Shown here: positions 37,675-50,170 of the stretch, piece by piece | How positions within the stretch are numbered: position 1 is the first letter of the stretch | How the letters are laid out: each line of letters begins with the position of its first letter | NCBI RefSeq assembly: GCF_001194135.2 | Contig: NC_068988.1 | Location: 83,915,240-83,979,239 of the forward strand | Length of the DNA: 64,000 nt | Source of the DNA: Octopus bimaculoides | Lineage: Eukaryota | Reading direction: 5' to 3' | Notes under the pieces: model-generated | Database searches by the model: none | What the model saw: the letters and a program-made list of their open reading frames with translations, nothing else | Told to the model about the DNA's origin: nothing | Made by a program: the position numbers and the translations under genes

Positions 37675-39491
37675 TTCTATAACACAAAATATACAAGTAT
37701 ACGAAGTTTGAAAGTGTTTCGGTACCAAAAACACTACATAAAACATTAATGGAAAGTGTTGCCCATTATTTAAGTGTTGTTGTTTGTTTCTTCTCGAAAC
37801 ATGAATGACTCACAAGGGCCGGTTTCATTGGCGTACAGGTTCCCCACTTGGATGGGACACCGGTCCGAACTGGAACGTGGAAAGAGTGAGAGAAAGTTGG
37901 GGCGAAAGAGGCAGCAGAAGTTCGCCATTATCTTCTGCCGGAGTTGCGTGGAGCTTAGGTGTTTCGCTCATAAACACACACATCCCCACCGACCCCAGCC
38001 TAATCCATTTCTTTCCTTCTATCTCACACCTCCTATTCAGAGTGAAACACCGGCGGCATATAAACAGACCAGCCACCCGCTTTATCGTAAAAGCAATTCC
38101 CACCCCACTATTGGTTGGTGACCAAACGGTCACCAACTTCAGGCAACTGAAAACTACACCGAATTAACACGTGCAACATTCTATCTAGTAAGGAGTTGAT
38201 ATTGTTGTGAGGAGCTATTGATGTCCACCACCAATACATATTAAGACTCGAGTCATAAACCAGGGGTCGGGATCCAGGATCTTTTGCGAGGCTGTTGCCC
38301 AAAAGTTTCTTTAAAAAATACCATATGAGGTGGGAATCGAAATTCATAACAAATGGACCCATTTTTATGTATTCTTTGTTGTAGCAGAGCATATGCAAAG
38401 GGTAATGGTTTGAAACTGCTGGAAATAAAATAACAATTTTATTATATTTAGTGTTGGCTCGGCTAGAAAGTGTGTTGCCGGGACAACTAGGGCAACACCC
38501 CTGCATCCGCCACTGTAAACTGCCACGAATGATGTAATACGGGAACGAAATAGCATTGAATTGTAGCAGACAATACAGAAGGAGATATTTGTACTCCTAC
38601 GTGTAAACTGTAAATTACTGCTTACTCATGTTGTTTTCAAATTTTGGAACAAGGCCAGCAATTTCGGAGAGGGAGGCGGTCGATTACATCGACCCCAGTT
38701 GTTGGCACTCCGTCGCTTACGACGTCGAGGGTTCCAGTTGATCTGATCAACGGAACAGCCTGCTTGTGAAATTAACGTGCAAGTGGCTGAGCACTCCACA
38801 GACACGTGTACCCTTAACGTAGTTCTCGGGGATATTCAGCGTGACAAGGCTGACCCCTTTGAATTACAATCGACCCCAAAAAGACGAAAGGCAAAGTTGA
38901 CCTCGGCGGAATTTGAACTCAGAATGTAAGGATGGACGAAATGCCGCTCAGCATTTTCCCCGCCGTGCTAACGATTTGGCTAGCTCACTGCCTTCAAACT
39001 GCTAACCCATATTGACCACTAACAAACCAGCTAACTGGAATAAAGGACAGCTCTGTCCATTATTCCAGACATATTTAAAAAATAAGGCAACCACCGTCAG
39101 CTTTTCAACCATTCATCTTAACCAGAAAATGGTAAGAAGCCTCTCTGACCTATTCGAGTGCTTTGAATATTTTACTTCACTTTCCCAACCCCTACTCCGA
39201 ACCTACCCCTAATCTACTCCACATATAACCTTGGCCTACATAACTCCCATTCAGTCTGTATTTAAATGATCATTTCTTCCTTTATTCATCGATTTGCCTT
39301 ATCGTCTGCTTATTATCTATTTATCAGGAACTATCAATAAAAACACATTCACTGATTCTTTAATGCTGGTTCTCTCATTCAATTTATTCTATTCACTCCA
39401 GTTTATCTATTCACTTATTCGGTTATTCCGTTATTTATCTAAGATACTCTTCTTCCCCCTCTCCACCCCGTTCAGACATTTATCAATGAAT

Positions 39492-39729
39492 GTTCTGTTC
39501 TTTTCTTTTCTTTTCTACTCAAGGCACAAGGCCAGAAATTTTGGAGGAGGGTGAGGGGAGGGGGGCAGCCGATTACATCGACCCCAGTGCGTAACTGGTA
39601 CTTAATTTATCGAGACCCGAAAGGATGAAAAGCAAAGTCGACCTCGGCGGAATTTGAACTCAGAACGTAACGGCAGACAAAAAATACCGCTAAGCATTTC
39701 GCCCGGCGTGCTCGCCAGCCCGCCGCCTT
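39492..39729 (-). mobile_element. SINE family A, young copy with 15-bp TSD
   Basis: CATTTATCAATGAAT at 39477-39491 and 39730-39744. Confidence 0.85.
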
Positions 39730-40456
39730 CATTTATCAATGAATATTAGACGCGTCTCCCGTTTACCTACAACTCATGTTTTTGTTTTGTTTTTATCTTN
39801 NNNNNNNNNNNNNNNNNNNNNNNNNNNNNNNNNNNNNNNNNNNNNNNNNNNNNNNNNNNNNNGGGGGGGGGGGTCGTTCGACCAATAATAAACACATGTA
39901 CTAGTTCTATTTCACTTCTTTTATTTTTGTTTGTCAATTGGTTAACTATTTAACCAATTAACTATTAGATTGTTTGATTAGTCGTTCGATCAATCAATCA
40001 GCTTCGTCAATTGAAGAGTGACCAACCAAAAGCAATGCAGGAGATGGAATTCTGGAGACAAATAGTTGATGGTGTTCGTTTGCGAATGATGCGGTAGGTA
40101 GGTAAACAACAGGAACGACAGATATAAATGTTTCCAACTAATGAGAAATCTTCTAAATCATAAATTCCCAATGTTTTCTATCTAATCAGAAAATAATTAA
40201 ATTTATGTCACTGCCGACACACTATTTTTAAGATAGCGTGTTAGCACTGCCTTTAATACCAAAGAAAGAAAAATAACACTAAATAGATTGAGCGATGCGA
40301 TTTTAACAACTGCTATAAATGTATCAATTATAATTATATTTTAGTATAAATTAGTGTTGTGGCATTAATTGTATACAATATATTCTATAATCATTACTGG
40401 TATCATTATAGTTTTATATCTTGGTCAATTCAAGTGATTTGGTAACAGCTTTGATA

Positions 40457-40680
40457 TTAATTTGACGTGTGTGCGTGCGTGTCGTAGGCATTTTCTGCTT
40501 CGCTAATCTTTAGCATTATATTTACATCCGCTGGGTAGTTGTGTTCCACAACTCTACATAGCCCCTCTTCTTTATCCCAAATCACTATGTCAAGTCTATT
40601 ATGTATCAGGGACATTCCACCAGCGCTCTTTTTACTATGAGTGGCTATGGCTTCTACCATACTGTGGGATTCTTATTTCT
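40457..40680 (-). mobile_element. Fragment of a restriction-like-endonuclease non-LTR retrotransposon
   Basis: HNRLDIVIWDKEEGLCRVVEHNYPADVN (PD..D/ExK-type endonuclease remnant). Confidence 0.6.
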
Positions 40681-41245
40681 TTGGACTTAGGCTTATCCTG
40701 CCAATGGATTTCATTATATAGTGTCTTAAGATATACCGTCATGACATTATATATATATATATATATATACACATATATACACATATACATAGCATATAGG
40801 CATGGTAGCTTCTGTACCCTTATGTATAAGTGTATCCTCTCTCTCTTTCTTTCTATGTGTGTGTGCGTGTGTATGTGTATGCGTCTACGCGCGCGTATAT
40901 TTGTGTGTGTGTGAGATTTTAGCGTCTTTCGTCTTGTCCAAAGAAAACGTTTTGCCTGTTTTGTGATTATGACGTCATAATAGCGATAACGTTTCTCGGA
41001 GATTTTCGTTTCAAAAGTCTTCAGTCTCTTTCAACCTTTCACGGTGATTAGAGGCTAGGGAATGTGTGCGCCAGGGGACGTACCCAGGCAGTGAAGACTA
41101 GAGTGAAGTGAGAGTCATCTTCAGCTTGTTTTCAGTGTTTGTGGGGATACTTTATGCACCCTTAAGTTCTTAAACACCCAATGTAACATGCTGGTTGGTC
41201 GTATAACATAGTTACAAGGTGTACGGTAGTGTCGCTGGGCGATCT

Positions 41246-41544
41246 TTCGATACTAATTCTTTTTGTTTCAGCGTTTGTTTACATCAATTCGGCATTTTCC
41301 GTAAGGGAAGAGTTTCTTTGCTCTATTAAGCAGCAAACAGCAGGGACAAAGAAAAAAAGCAAACATAAACACACTCTCTCTCTCTCTTTCCCTCTCCCTT
41401 AAAAACATATGTCAGTTATCTCTCTCTCTCTCTTTCTATATATGCATATATCCATACATATATGTACATACCTACATCTATATGTATACATATGGGTACA
41501 GGGCATCACAACACAAAAAAAAACGTTAAACTATATATATATAT

Positions 41545-41593
<49 letters not shown>

Positions 41594-41874
41594 CATACAT
41601 ACATATATACACACCAAACTTTATATCATTACCTCTCTCCCTCTCTCTCTATATATACATACAGATAGTGAGATAGAGAGAGAGTATGTTTATGTTTGCT
41701 TTTTTTCTTTTTCCTTGTTTGCTGCTTACCACAGCAAGTCTTAGCATACCAACATCAAAAGAAATCGCGCCCTCTATCTCTTTCGCGTCCTTTCCATCTT
41801 CCCTTACGAAAACTGCCGAATTGATGTAAACAATCCCATGTGGTCGCTTTGGCAGTTACCAAATTAGTATCGAA
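41246..41874. repeat. Long-range inverted repeat in two blocks (13 bp + 37 bp) around a microsatellite core
   Basis: 41246-41258 pairs with 41862-41874 (13/13); 41275-41311 pairs with 41797-41833 (35/37). Confidence 0.85.
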
Positions 41875-42809
41875 GGTATGCCTAACCGTATGAACTTTTA
41901 GCCAGGCGATTCCAGTGCAGGAAACCTGGGGGGCCCAACCAGAAGCATTCCTCACTCACCGTACATTCCCGCAGAATAATTTATCCTAAATAATTCTGTG
42001 ACAGCAAAGAGAAATAACAATAACGTTAAATAACAAACAAAATGATAAACAGGAAATGATTATCACTTAAATAATTCATGCGTATATCAACAGAATATAA
42101 TTATGAATATGGTGAGTATTTTAATAAGAATTTAGTTTGTTACTTTCAAAATGTTTGAGCATCTTTTCAATTTACTTCTATAATAAAGCAACATTTATTC
42201 TTCATTTGATGAACGTGGTATTTTAATTAAAAAAATGTCTTGCTTTAAAATGTCTCAACATTTCAAATAATTTTTGTAATAAAGCAACATTTATTCTTCA
42301 TTCGATGTTTGATATATTACATGAACATGGAGAGTATTTTTTAAAAATGTTTTTTTGCTCAAAATGTCTGGTCATTCGACGTTCGATATCCTGCACCAGA
42401 TTGGTGAGTATTTTAATAAAAATAAGTTTTGCTGTTAAACGTTTGAGCTTTTTAAACAAGTTTTTTGGATACCAAAATATTTATTCTCCATTCGATGTTC
42501 GATATACTGCACACATCACTATTATTATAACATGACAGCAAGTGTATAATTTGCCTTGGTCTCTTTGTGTTTATGTTGCAGTGTATGTTTGTCAGTCTCC
42601 ATCACTCATTTTCTCTCACTCCTCTCTCTCTGGATTTCCGATTTGAATCTGTCATCGACATCTTTCAGACACGCATTTTATTTTTGTTTTTCTATCTATC
42701 TATTTAGCTAGCTAGCTATCTGTCAATCTGTCTTGTCTGTCTGTCTACATGTCTATCTACCTCCCTATTTCTGTCTGTTTATGTATGTATGTATGTACGT
42801 GCGCGCGCG

Positions 42810-45300
42810 TTCATGTGTGTATAGACGTTTGGATGGGATAATACCTCTGATGAGGAACCATCTGCTGCTCTTTGGATAGTTCGTCCGCTTTGGTCCTCAC
42901 CTGACACCTAGCTCCCAACTGTGGCTCTTCGAAACTGTGCATACAACAGCAGCCACACCCCGTCCAACGGCTTCCACAGGCCGGCTGAACCATGATGAGG
43001 ATAGACGACAGCTTTCAACCCTCGGTGATGCATATGAAAACTGGACCCGGTGGACTGCACAAGGAAAAGCACAAGATATATTCAGCGGGCAGGAGAGCGG
43101 ACCAGCAAGCGTTGCTGGAGCGAACAGGGTACAGTGAAACACAAAAGAAGCTGCGGCTATCCATTGCATCCCAACTTATCTCTAGTCGTCTTGACTCCGT
43201 TGCAGTCCTGGAGCGATAAGCAAATGACAAAGCAGCAGGTATGGATGCACAGGAAACTGTAAGGCGGACAAGGACATAGGGTTGCTCTCCGTTACTGAAG
43301 CAGCAGTGGAGTTCGGCATTCTCGTGGATGTCTGAGGATTGCCCTCTTTAGGATTGTTCTGCGCATCTCCTATGACCTGAGGAAGGAGCTAGAAAAGGTG
43401 CCCTAAACATGGACCTCTTCACCTTACCCTGGCCTGCATCCTGCGCCAGGCGAGGATCGCAACCATGTGGTCGAAATAGAAAGACGAAACTGGTGACATC
43501 GCTCACCATTGGCGCATGGACTGTGCGAACATTCTGGCACAGCTCCTAAGCAAACAGACCTGTGAGACGGACAGCGCTTGTTGCAAGAGAACTCGGCAGG
43601 ACAAAATCCACATTGCAGCTCTGAACTAGACCAGGCTTGCAGGCAAAGGTCAGTGATTGAGGTCAAAACCGGCTATACCTTCTTCTGGAGTGACCATAGC
43701 AGCAACCAACGTCGTGAAGTAGGAATGTGTTTTGCCATCAGATCTGGTCTGATCAGTAAGCTAACCATTCTCCTCAAAAGACTGAATGATTGATTTCAGT
43801 CTCCCACCGCAGAGGAAAGTGCCAAGACACCATCATCATTACCTGTGCCCCCACCATGACTTTTACGAAGACTTGGAAGCCCCCATAGCAGCTGTGCCTC
43901 AGGAGGACAAACTCGTCGTTCTCGGCGACTTCAATACCAGAGCTGGTACAGACCACTAGACATGGGAGGGAGTCACTGGAAGAAACGGAGTTGACAAGAG
44001 CAACAGCAACAGTCATCTACTACTGAAAGCCTGGGCAGTGCACCGTGTTTCGCTTGCCCAACGCCAAAATGACGTCTGAAGGCATCCATGCTGCAAACAT
44101 TAAGACGCGATAGGCTGGATGTTTGGATGATGAAGGCCATGTGTGACACAGAATGCAAAACTCGACATGCACATCCAGCCCAGGCGGCGACCACAAAGGA
44201 AACTGGCAAACAAGCCACTAAACATTGGCAGATTGGGATGACACAATGCGAAACAGGACCTCAGTGAAGACCTGGGCAACAAGTTGAGCCAAATAGATAT
44301 TGGTAAAAAGGGAGTAGAGGAGGACTGATAGTAAACTATTCAACCTGCAGAGACAACAGGCCAAAGACAAGGCAGAAGAGGACTCAATGCGTGACTTCCT
44401 GTTTGCAGACAACTGCGCCCTCAGTTCCACCTCAGCTGCACCAGAATATAAATCGATCTTCCACTGATTGCAACAACTTTGGCCTCACAGTCAGTACTCA
44501 GAAAACAGAAGTCATGCGCCAACCTGCCTCGCAGAAACCTTATGTAGAACCAGTGGAAAGGGGAAACTTGAAGGTTGTTAAGTTCACAAACTTTGGTGGC
44601 ACACCTTCCAGATCTGTGAACGTTGACGATGAAGTTGATACATGTGTCACCAAGTGAAGCTCAGCATTTGGGCGGCTACGTGAATTAGTGTAGGAGAGGT
44701 GAGGCATTAGACTGGCCACCAAGTTGAAGGTGTGCAAAGCAGTTGTACTGCCTACACTGCTGTACACCTGCAAAACTTGGACGGTTTATGAACACCATGC
44801 CAAACCGCTTCCACAGGAACTGAGAAAGTTGTTGAAAATCACCTGGCAAGGTCTCTGGAGCTGATTAGCCAAGTGTTTAACACACTGCTGAGGAGAGCGC
44901 AGATCCAGTAAGAAGGCCACCTTGTTCGAATGCCTGACACACGACTCCCCAAAAGACTGTCCAAGTAAGGTGGACAAAAAAAGCGCTTCAAGGATACGCT
45001 CAAAAGCCCCACTGAATAGCTTTGAGATCAACCTCAATACCTGGGAAACGCAAGCATAAAAACTGCCATGCCTGGCGAATGGCCACCTCGTACGAATAGA
45101 ACAGGGCTGCAAGAGCATAAAGCAAACACGAACTGTGCAACTCCAGAGCCAACTCCTTGCCTTCAGTCCCAACAGATCACCGGTACCCGACCTGTGGTAG
45201 AACCTTTTCGTTTTGTATCGGATTGATCGGTCATAGCCGGACACATCGCCAACCGTCCTCTTCATCCACGTGATGTCCTCATTCATCGTTGACGATCTAA
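42810..45300 (+). mobile_element. RTE-clade LINE, decayed and internally deleted
   Basis: APE motifs (LTIGAW.VRT, RRTALVARELG, GYTFFWS, RREVG..FAI, LGDFN.R); RT C-half (FLFADNCAL, NFGLTVSTQKTEVM, AFGRLR, KAVVLPTLLY); most of the RT N-half is missing near 44300. Confidence 0.9.
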
Positions 45301-45304
45301 TAAT

Positions 45305-45525
45305 TCTTTCTACTATAAGCACAGGGCCTGAAATTTTGTGGGGAGGGGGACTAGTCGATTACATCGACCTCCAATGTTTCTCTAGTACTTAATTTATCGA
45401 CCCCGAAAGGATGAAAAGCAAAGTCGACCTTGGCAGAATTTGAACTCGCAACGTAGCGATGGACGAAGTGCTGTTATGCATTTTACCCAGCGTGTTAACG
45501 ATTTTGCCAGCTCGTTACCTTACAG
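45305..45525 (-). mobile_element. SINE family A copy with 14-bp TSD at the 3' end of the RTE
   Basis: GACGATCTAATAAT at 45291-45304 and 45526-45539. Confidence 0.85.
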
Positions 45526-45809
45526 GACGATCTAATAATGAAAGTGTGTGTGTGTGTGTATGTTAGATACATACGCACCCACAACTTAATGTTTCAGTAT
45601 AAATTGTCTAAGAATTTACAAGATACATTTTAGTCGTACTTGGTAGGAATGGTAACTAAATTTCGTTCAAGAGGAAGTAACTCCGGCTCTCCCAGAAATC
45701 GTTTTAGTTTTGTAAGAATTTCGTGGTTTTCGTTTATTTTTGTTTTTCTTAACTATCAAGCTGAGAAAAATAGTATTTTTACCTCCATTTTTTTAGCTTT
45801 ATATGTAAA

Positions 45810-46200
45810 ACGGTTATGTGTCTCCAGCCAGCAGGCCCGATCTACACGAGGATGCTACTCGAGAAAATCATTGACCGAATAAGGCACATGAGATGGAAGG
45901 CATACTTCAATGACCAAGCTACATTGCTCCCACAGGTCAACAGTTACAACATCAGATCCAGAAGTTTCCCACCCAGAAACAAAGACCTTGAAACCTTCAT
46001 AGCGGACCTACTGGATATCAACTGCAAACTTGGATTCTGCAAATCCTCCAGCCCTTTTCAGTGCAAGCTTTCTTCTGTTATTCATCTCCTTAAAAATTCA
46101 GATTGGGCTTTACTCTTCTCTGATAAACAAATAAATAAATAAACTAGAAGATGCCATCACGTATGATAGCCTCTTAAAGAATAGCATCACACAAAATTTT
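45810..46200 (+). mobile_element. Penelope-like element ORF fragment (N-terminal to RT)
   Basis: IIDRIRHMRWKAYF..YNIRSRSFPP..LETFIADLL..SSPFQCKL..LLFSDK. Confidence 0.65.
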
Positions 46201-46829
46201 CGAAACATTTTTCATAAAAAGCTTTACTGTATCATTTGAAAATCTGCCAAATGCATTCCATTGCAAAAATTACCCGGTAACGAAGGGATGCTCAGCGAGT
46301 GTGTGCGTACCAATAACGAGAACTGCTTCACGGATGGAGATTTTATATTTCTATTCATACATTGTTACATATGTTTCGGCATGACATATTATTATGGGAC
46401 CACCTCGCCATGCAGTTTTCTCACCCTCCCTCCTTCGCCCTTTTCTCCCTGTCCCCTACTCATCTCTTTTTTGTCCTTCTTCTCTCTTGTCTTTCTCTCC
46501 CCAGTGGGTTCAAAAGGGAAGAACCAGCCGTGTGTCAATGTCTGTGGGAGTCTCTATGAGAATCTAAAACAACGAAAGCATGAGATAGTCATCCTCAGTT
46601 GCGAGTGACACCTAGTTTTGCAATGGAGCCTTGTATTCGGCAGACACAACGACCCAATGAATAGTGAAAAGGTAGAGACCTGGTCAAGTCTCTATTTGCA
46701 CTCTCGTCGCATCAGCGAATGATGGTTCTGCAAGACACGACTACACAATGCTCCTAGCAGCCACTGACCCTATGAAGGAAGTGTAATGGTGTTGGTGCTG
46801 GTGTCTTGGCTTGTTGAACAACCATCACC

Positions 46830-47400
46830 CCGAATACTATTAAGTGGGACATAGTTTGTGCAGAACCGGTCCCACTCTCTCGTCCTTCAAACTTGTATTA
46901 GTCTGGGTTAATAAATGCTGCGAGCCCAGTAATTACCTTTTCTTAGTTGAGCAGATGTCACATCTTGGATGTGCCGCTGGGTTGAGGATCAACAATTGTG
47001 TCCCTGTTGGTTCGAGACAACTCAGGCACCCAAAACATTAACGAAACAGTGGTACAAATTAACAACTCATATTTGTTCGCAAGTGATATCTTTTGCCTTT
47101 TACTTGTTTCAGACAATGGAATGCTGCCATGCTGGGGCACCGCCTTGAAGAAGTTTTTTGGTCGAACGAATCGACTCCAGCATATTTTTTTTTCTTTTTA
47201 AGCCTGTTACTTATTTTATTGGTTTCCTTTACAGAACTGCAAAATGTCTTATGGTTAAGCTGGTTCCCATGCATTTCCCTGAAGAGAAGATTAGTTTCTT
47301 ATCAACATCATCTATTCCTATGGAAGGTATAATTTGTAATCTTCGAAACATATGTTGGAAATAAAAGAATTCATTTAACATATGCGTTTTACTCCATTTA
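46830..47400 (-). mobile_element. piggyBac transposase C-terminal remnant
   Basis: KYAGVDSFDQ (GGVDxxDQ motif) followed by Cys-rich RCDICSTKKR..LHKLC. Confidence 0.55.
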
Positions 47401-47759
47401 CTAAATCTATATATTTAATCAAGTACCCAAAATAACAAGGAGTTTCAACCTCATAAACAGGAGTTACACCACAGTCATTTTGCGATCTTTGCTACCCTGG
47501 TATCTATTAACCAATTTATTTTGTCCGAGTTAATTATTAACTTAGAGAAAATAAATACATATAATAAAAAATATATATAGATATATGCATATATATATAC
47601 ATATATATATATATATGCATATATATTCTACTATATTCTACTTCTTCCCCTTTTTCTCCCTCTACCACTCTTTCTCCTTACCCCTAACTGGTCACATGTG
47701 TCCAGTCACTCACTCTTTTCATATCTTGGTCTCCCCAACTCTTTCACGTCTGGCCGTAT

Positions 47760-48000
47760 AGTCTTTTTTGTGTTTATTTCACTGTTTCGTTTTCCCTCCG
47801 CCACTACCCTCCATGGAACAAATTTAATTTGTGTCCGTGGGAAGAGCCATTTTAACGATGCGTCCTGCTCTAACTCTTCGAAACGCCAATGTTATAATGG
47901 TGGCAGCTGATGAAGGAAATGTTCTCTATGTGGCCTGTGTGTTTTCTGTACCCTGTTTATCATTTTGTGCATGTTTTTTTGCAACACCATGTACCCAGAT
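47760..48000 (+). repeat. Diverged relative of the Penelope-type terminal repeat at 1720-2040
   Basis: atttaatttg...CTTCGAAAC..GCAGCTGATGAAGG..ttctctatgtggcctg in the same order as 1720-1840. Confidence 0.5.
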
Positions 48001-48066
48001 ATGCATCTATATATACATGTAGATGAAGGTATGTACATACATCTACATATATATATGCATATACTC

Positions 48067-48108
<42 letters not shown>

Positions 48109-49726
48109 TGCATATATCTATGTGTGAGTGTCTGTATTTACATCTTTAGCAGTTTGGCAAAAAAAGACCTATAGTTAGTTATCAGATTAATTTAATGGAG
48201 TCTAAATGGCACAGGTCAGGCAGGTAGCAAAAATGTTAACCTATTCTGATCATCATTATCTAAAGTCCTTCCATATTGGCACAGGTTGGATGGTTTGACA
48301 GGATCCAGTAAGCTGCATCAAGCTCCAATGCCAGCTTTAACATGGTTTCTATGACTCGATACCCTTCCTAATGTGAACCACTTTAGTATACTGGGCACAT
48401 TTTCCTGTGATACCAGCACTAGCATGTTTGCCAATTAACTTGTAAGAAGATCCTTTGATTGAGTGGAGTTGTAGTAGAGAGGGAAGCAGCTTTATTGCAG
48501 GTGGTGAAATACTAAGGTATGATAGAGGGACAGGCACAGGTAGCTTGCTATAGTGGAAATATATGACTACCCTGCATTATGAGGGTGGATATGAGCAGTT
48601 GGAAGGAAGACAAAGATTGGGACAAGGTGTCAAAAAGTTGTCCAAAGGTTATCTTGCAAATACCAAAACATGGCTGGTGTTTGCAATACAAGTACAAGAA
48701 TTTTAACTCTAATGAAACTGCAGTCCATTTACTGTACACCATTTATGAGTACAACCTCAGCGGCCTTGATACAGAAAAAATATTTTCTGGTGTATATTTG
48801 ATTTTAAAGAATGTTGCAAGTTTATTCATCAGGTTAATCCTGATCAAGCAGACTTATGACCAAAGATAGGCATCCCAGCTGTGACCATTTCATCTTTTTA
48901 TACATCCAGGATTTATATTATCCAATGTGTGCCTCCAATTTTGAAGATGGTTGGTGTAATTTTAAAAGAAATTTGGCGGCTATTTCTAGAAAATTAAGCA
49001 ACCATGTAGAGATCCGCTGAAGCTTACTTCACAATATTTTCATATTCTGTCAAGGAAAATAAATGGAAAAGGTTTCCATAATCATCCATCTAACTGAAGT
49101 AAGGATTAAGAAGATTCATGCTAGGTACAATGTACAAGATTAATCCAGAGACCTACATTTCATTCATCCAAAAGTGTCACTAGTATAACAATTGTTTCTA
49201 ATTTAGGCACAAAACCAGCAATTTTGAGAGGAAGGGGTTAGTCAATAACATCCATGCCAATACTTGACTGGTGTTTTATTTTGACACACTCCCACCTACC
49301 TCCAAAGGACAAAAGGCAAAGTTGACTTTGGTAGGATTTGAACTTGGAATGTAAGAGTCAGATTAAATACTGTAAAACATTTTTCAGTGCTCTAATGATT
49401 GTTAATAATTGTTTCAGTAATTTTGAGGGGAGGGGGTTAGTTGATAACACTGATGCTAGCACTTGATTGGTACTTTATTTTTTAACTTCCAGACAAAATT
49501 CAAGAGAAAACAATGCTCTAATGTTCTTGTCAATTTACCACCCTAACAGTGCTACTAATGCTGGAAGATCTATGCACCCACCTCTACACAATCACACACA
49601 GGCCATCAAGTTTGAATTGACAGGATGAATATAATAACTTAAGCGGCGACTTTAATCACATTAGAGCATTTACCTGGTGAAATGGAATGGGAGTTAATTA
49701 TTCTAAAATATGATTTGTTTTGTTAC

Positions 49727-49812
49727 CTCATTTCCTGCAAGTTTTGCCAACAATTCAAACCGTTCTACACCAACAGCATGACCAAGAGCATCGGGCATGG
49801 AGACGTCAGAAG
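49727..49812 (-). CDS. COX5B: Cytochrome c oxidase subunit 5B, exon 2
   Basis: cttacAG|...|GTaac; (A)SDVSMPDALGHAVGVERFELLAKLAGNE, matching the COX5B MPDxxxHATGxE motif; 86 nt. Confidence 0.93.
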
Positions 49813-49949
49813 CTGTAAGACAAAACACAGAAGCAATTAATGACAAAATATTTATAAAAGATAACTGAAGTTTTTATTAAAACACTGCATTAACTGATAT
49901 CAGTCATGCACTTCTCACCTTGTTGATACAAAGCAGGAAAATATCTTGC

Positions 49950-50170
49950 AAACAATAGATTGTATGATACTTGTGTTGCATGCACTGGTTGCAAAAGGTG
50001 TGCATAGGTCGAAGAATAATGAAGCAAACACGCCTTGCTAGATGTGTAAAGTTAGTCTCCATGAACGATGTGATACAGCTGAGCTGAGGGATTAAACTAA
50101 AACAAATCAGCTATAGTGCACACAAATGTAGTTTACATTAAAATGGATATGCGATGTATAGAAGGATCAC
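49950..50170 (+). mobile_element. Decayed PHD-like Zn finger, probably LINE ORF1
   Basis: TPC*MCKVSLHERCD...KWICDV with stops. Confidence 0.35.

Larger units (their letters stand above)
36888..37720. mobile_element. Foldback element with ~180-bp arms and internal telomere-like repeats
   Basis: Left arm 36888-37068 matches the reverse complement of about 37297-37414 plus 37675-37720; spacer holds degenerate (GGTTAG/GGTTAT)n then (CCCTAA)n. Confidence 0.75.

Noticed and set aside
40035-41300. Kinase-like reading of RQIVDGV...CLHQFGIF (as in QIVxGVxYLHxxGIxHRD)
   Set aside because: Spacing is six residues too long, and no HRD or other kinase exon was found.
42846-42900. CTGATGAGG at the RTE 5' end as a hammerhead core
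   Set aside because: No matching stem II and GAAA at a workable distance.
46365-46420. - strand ..CATG..CATGCCGAAACATATG as a hammerhead
   Set aside because: GAAAC is present but the CUGAnGA half is not recognisable; at most a decayed Penelope end.
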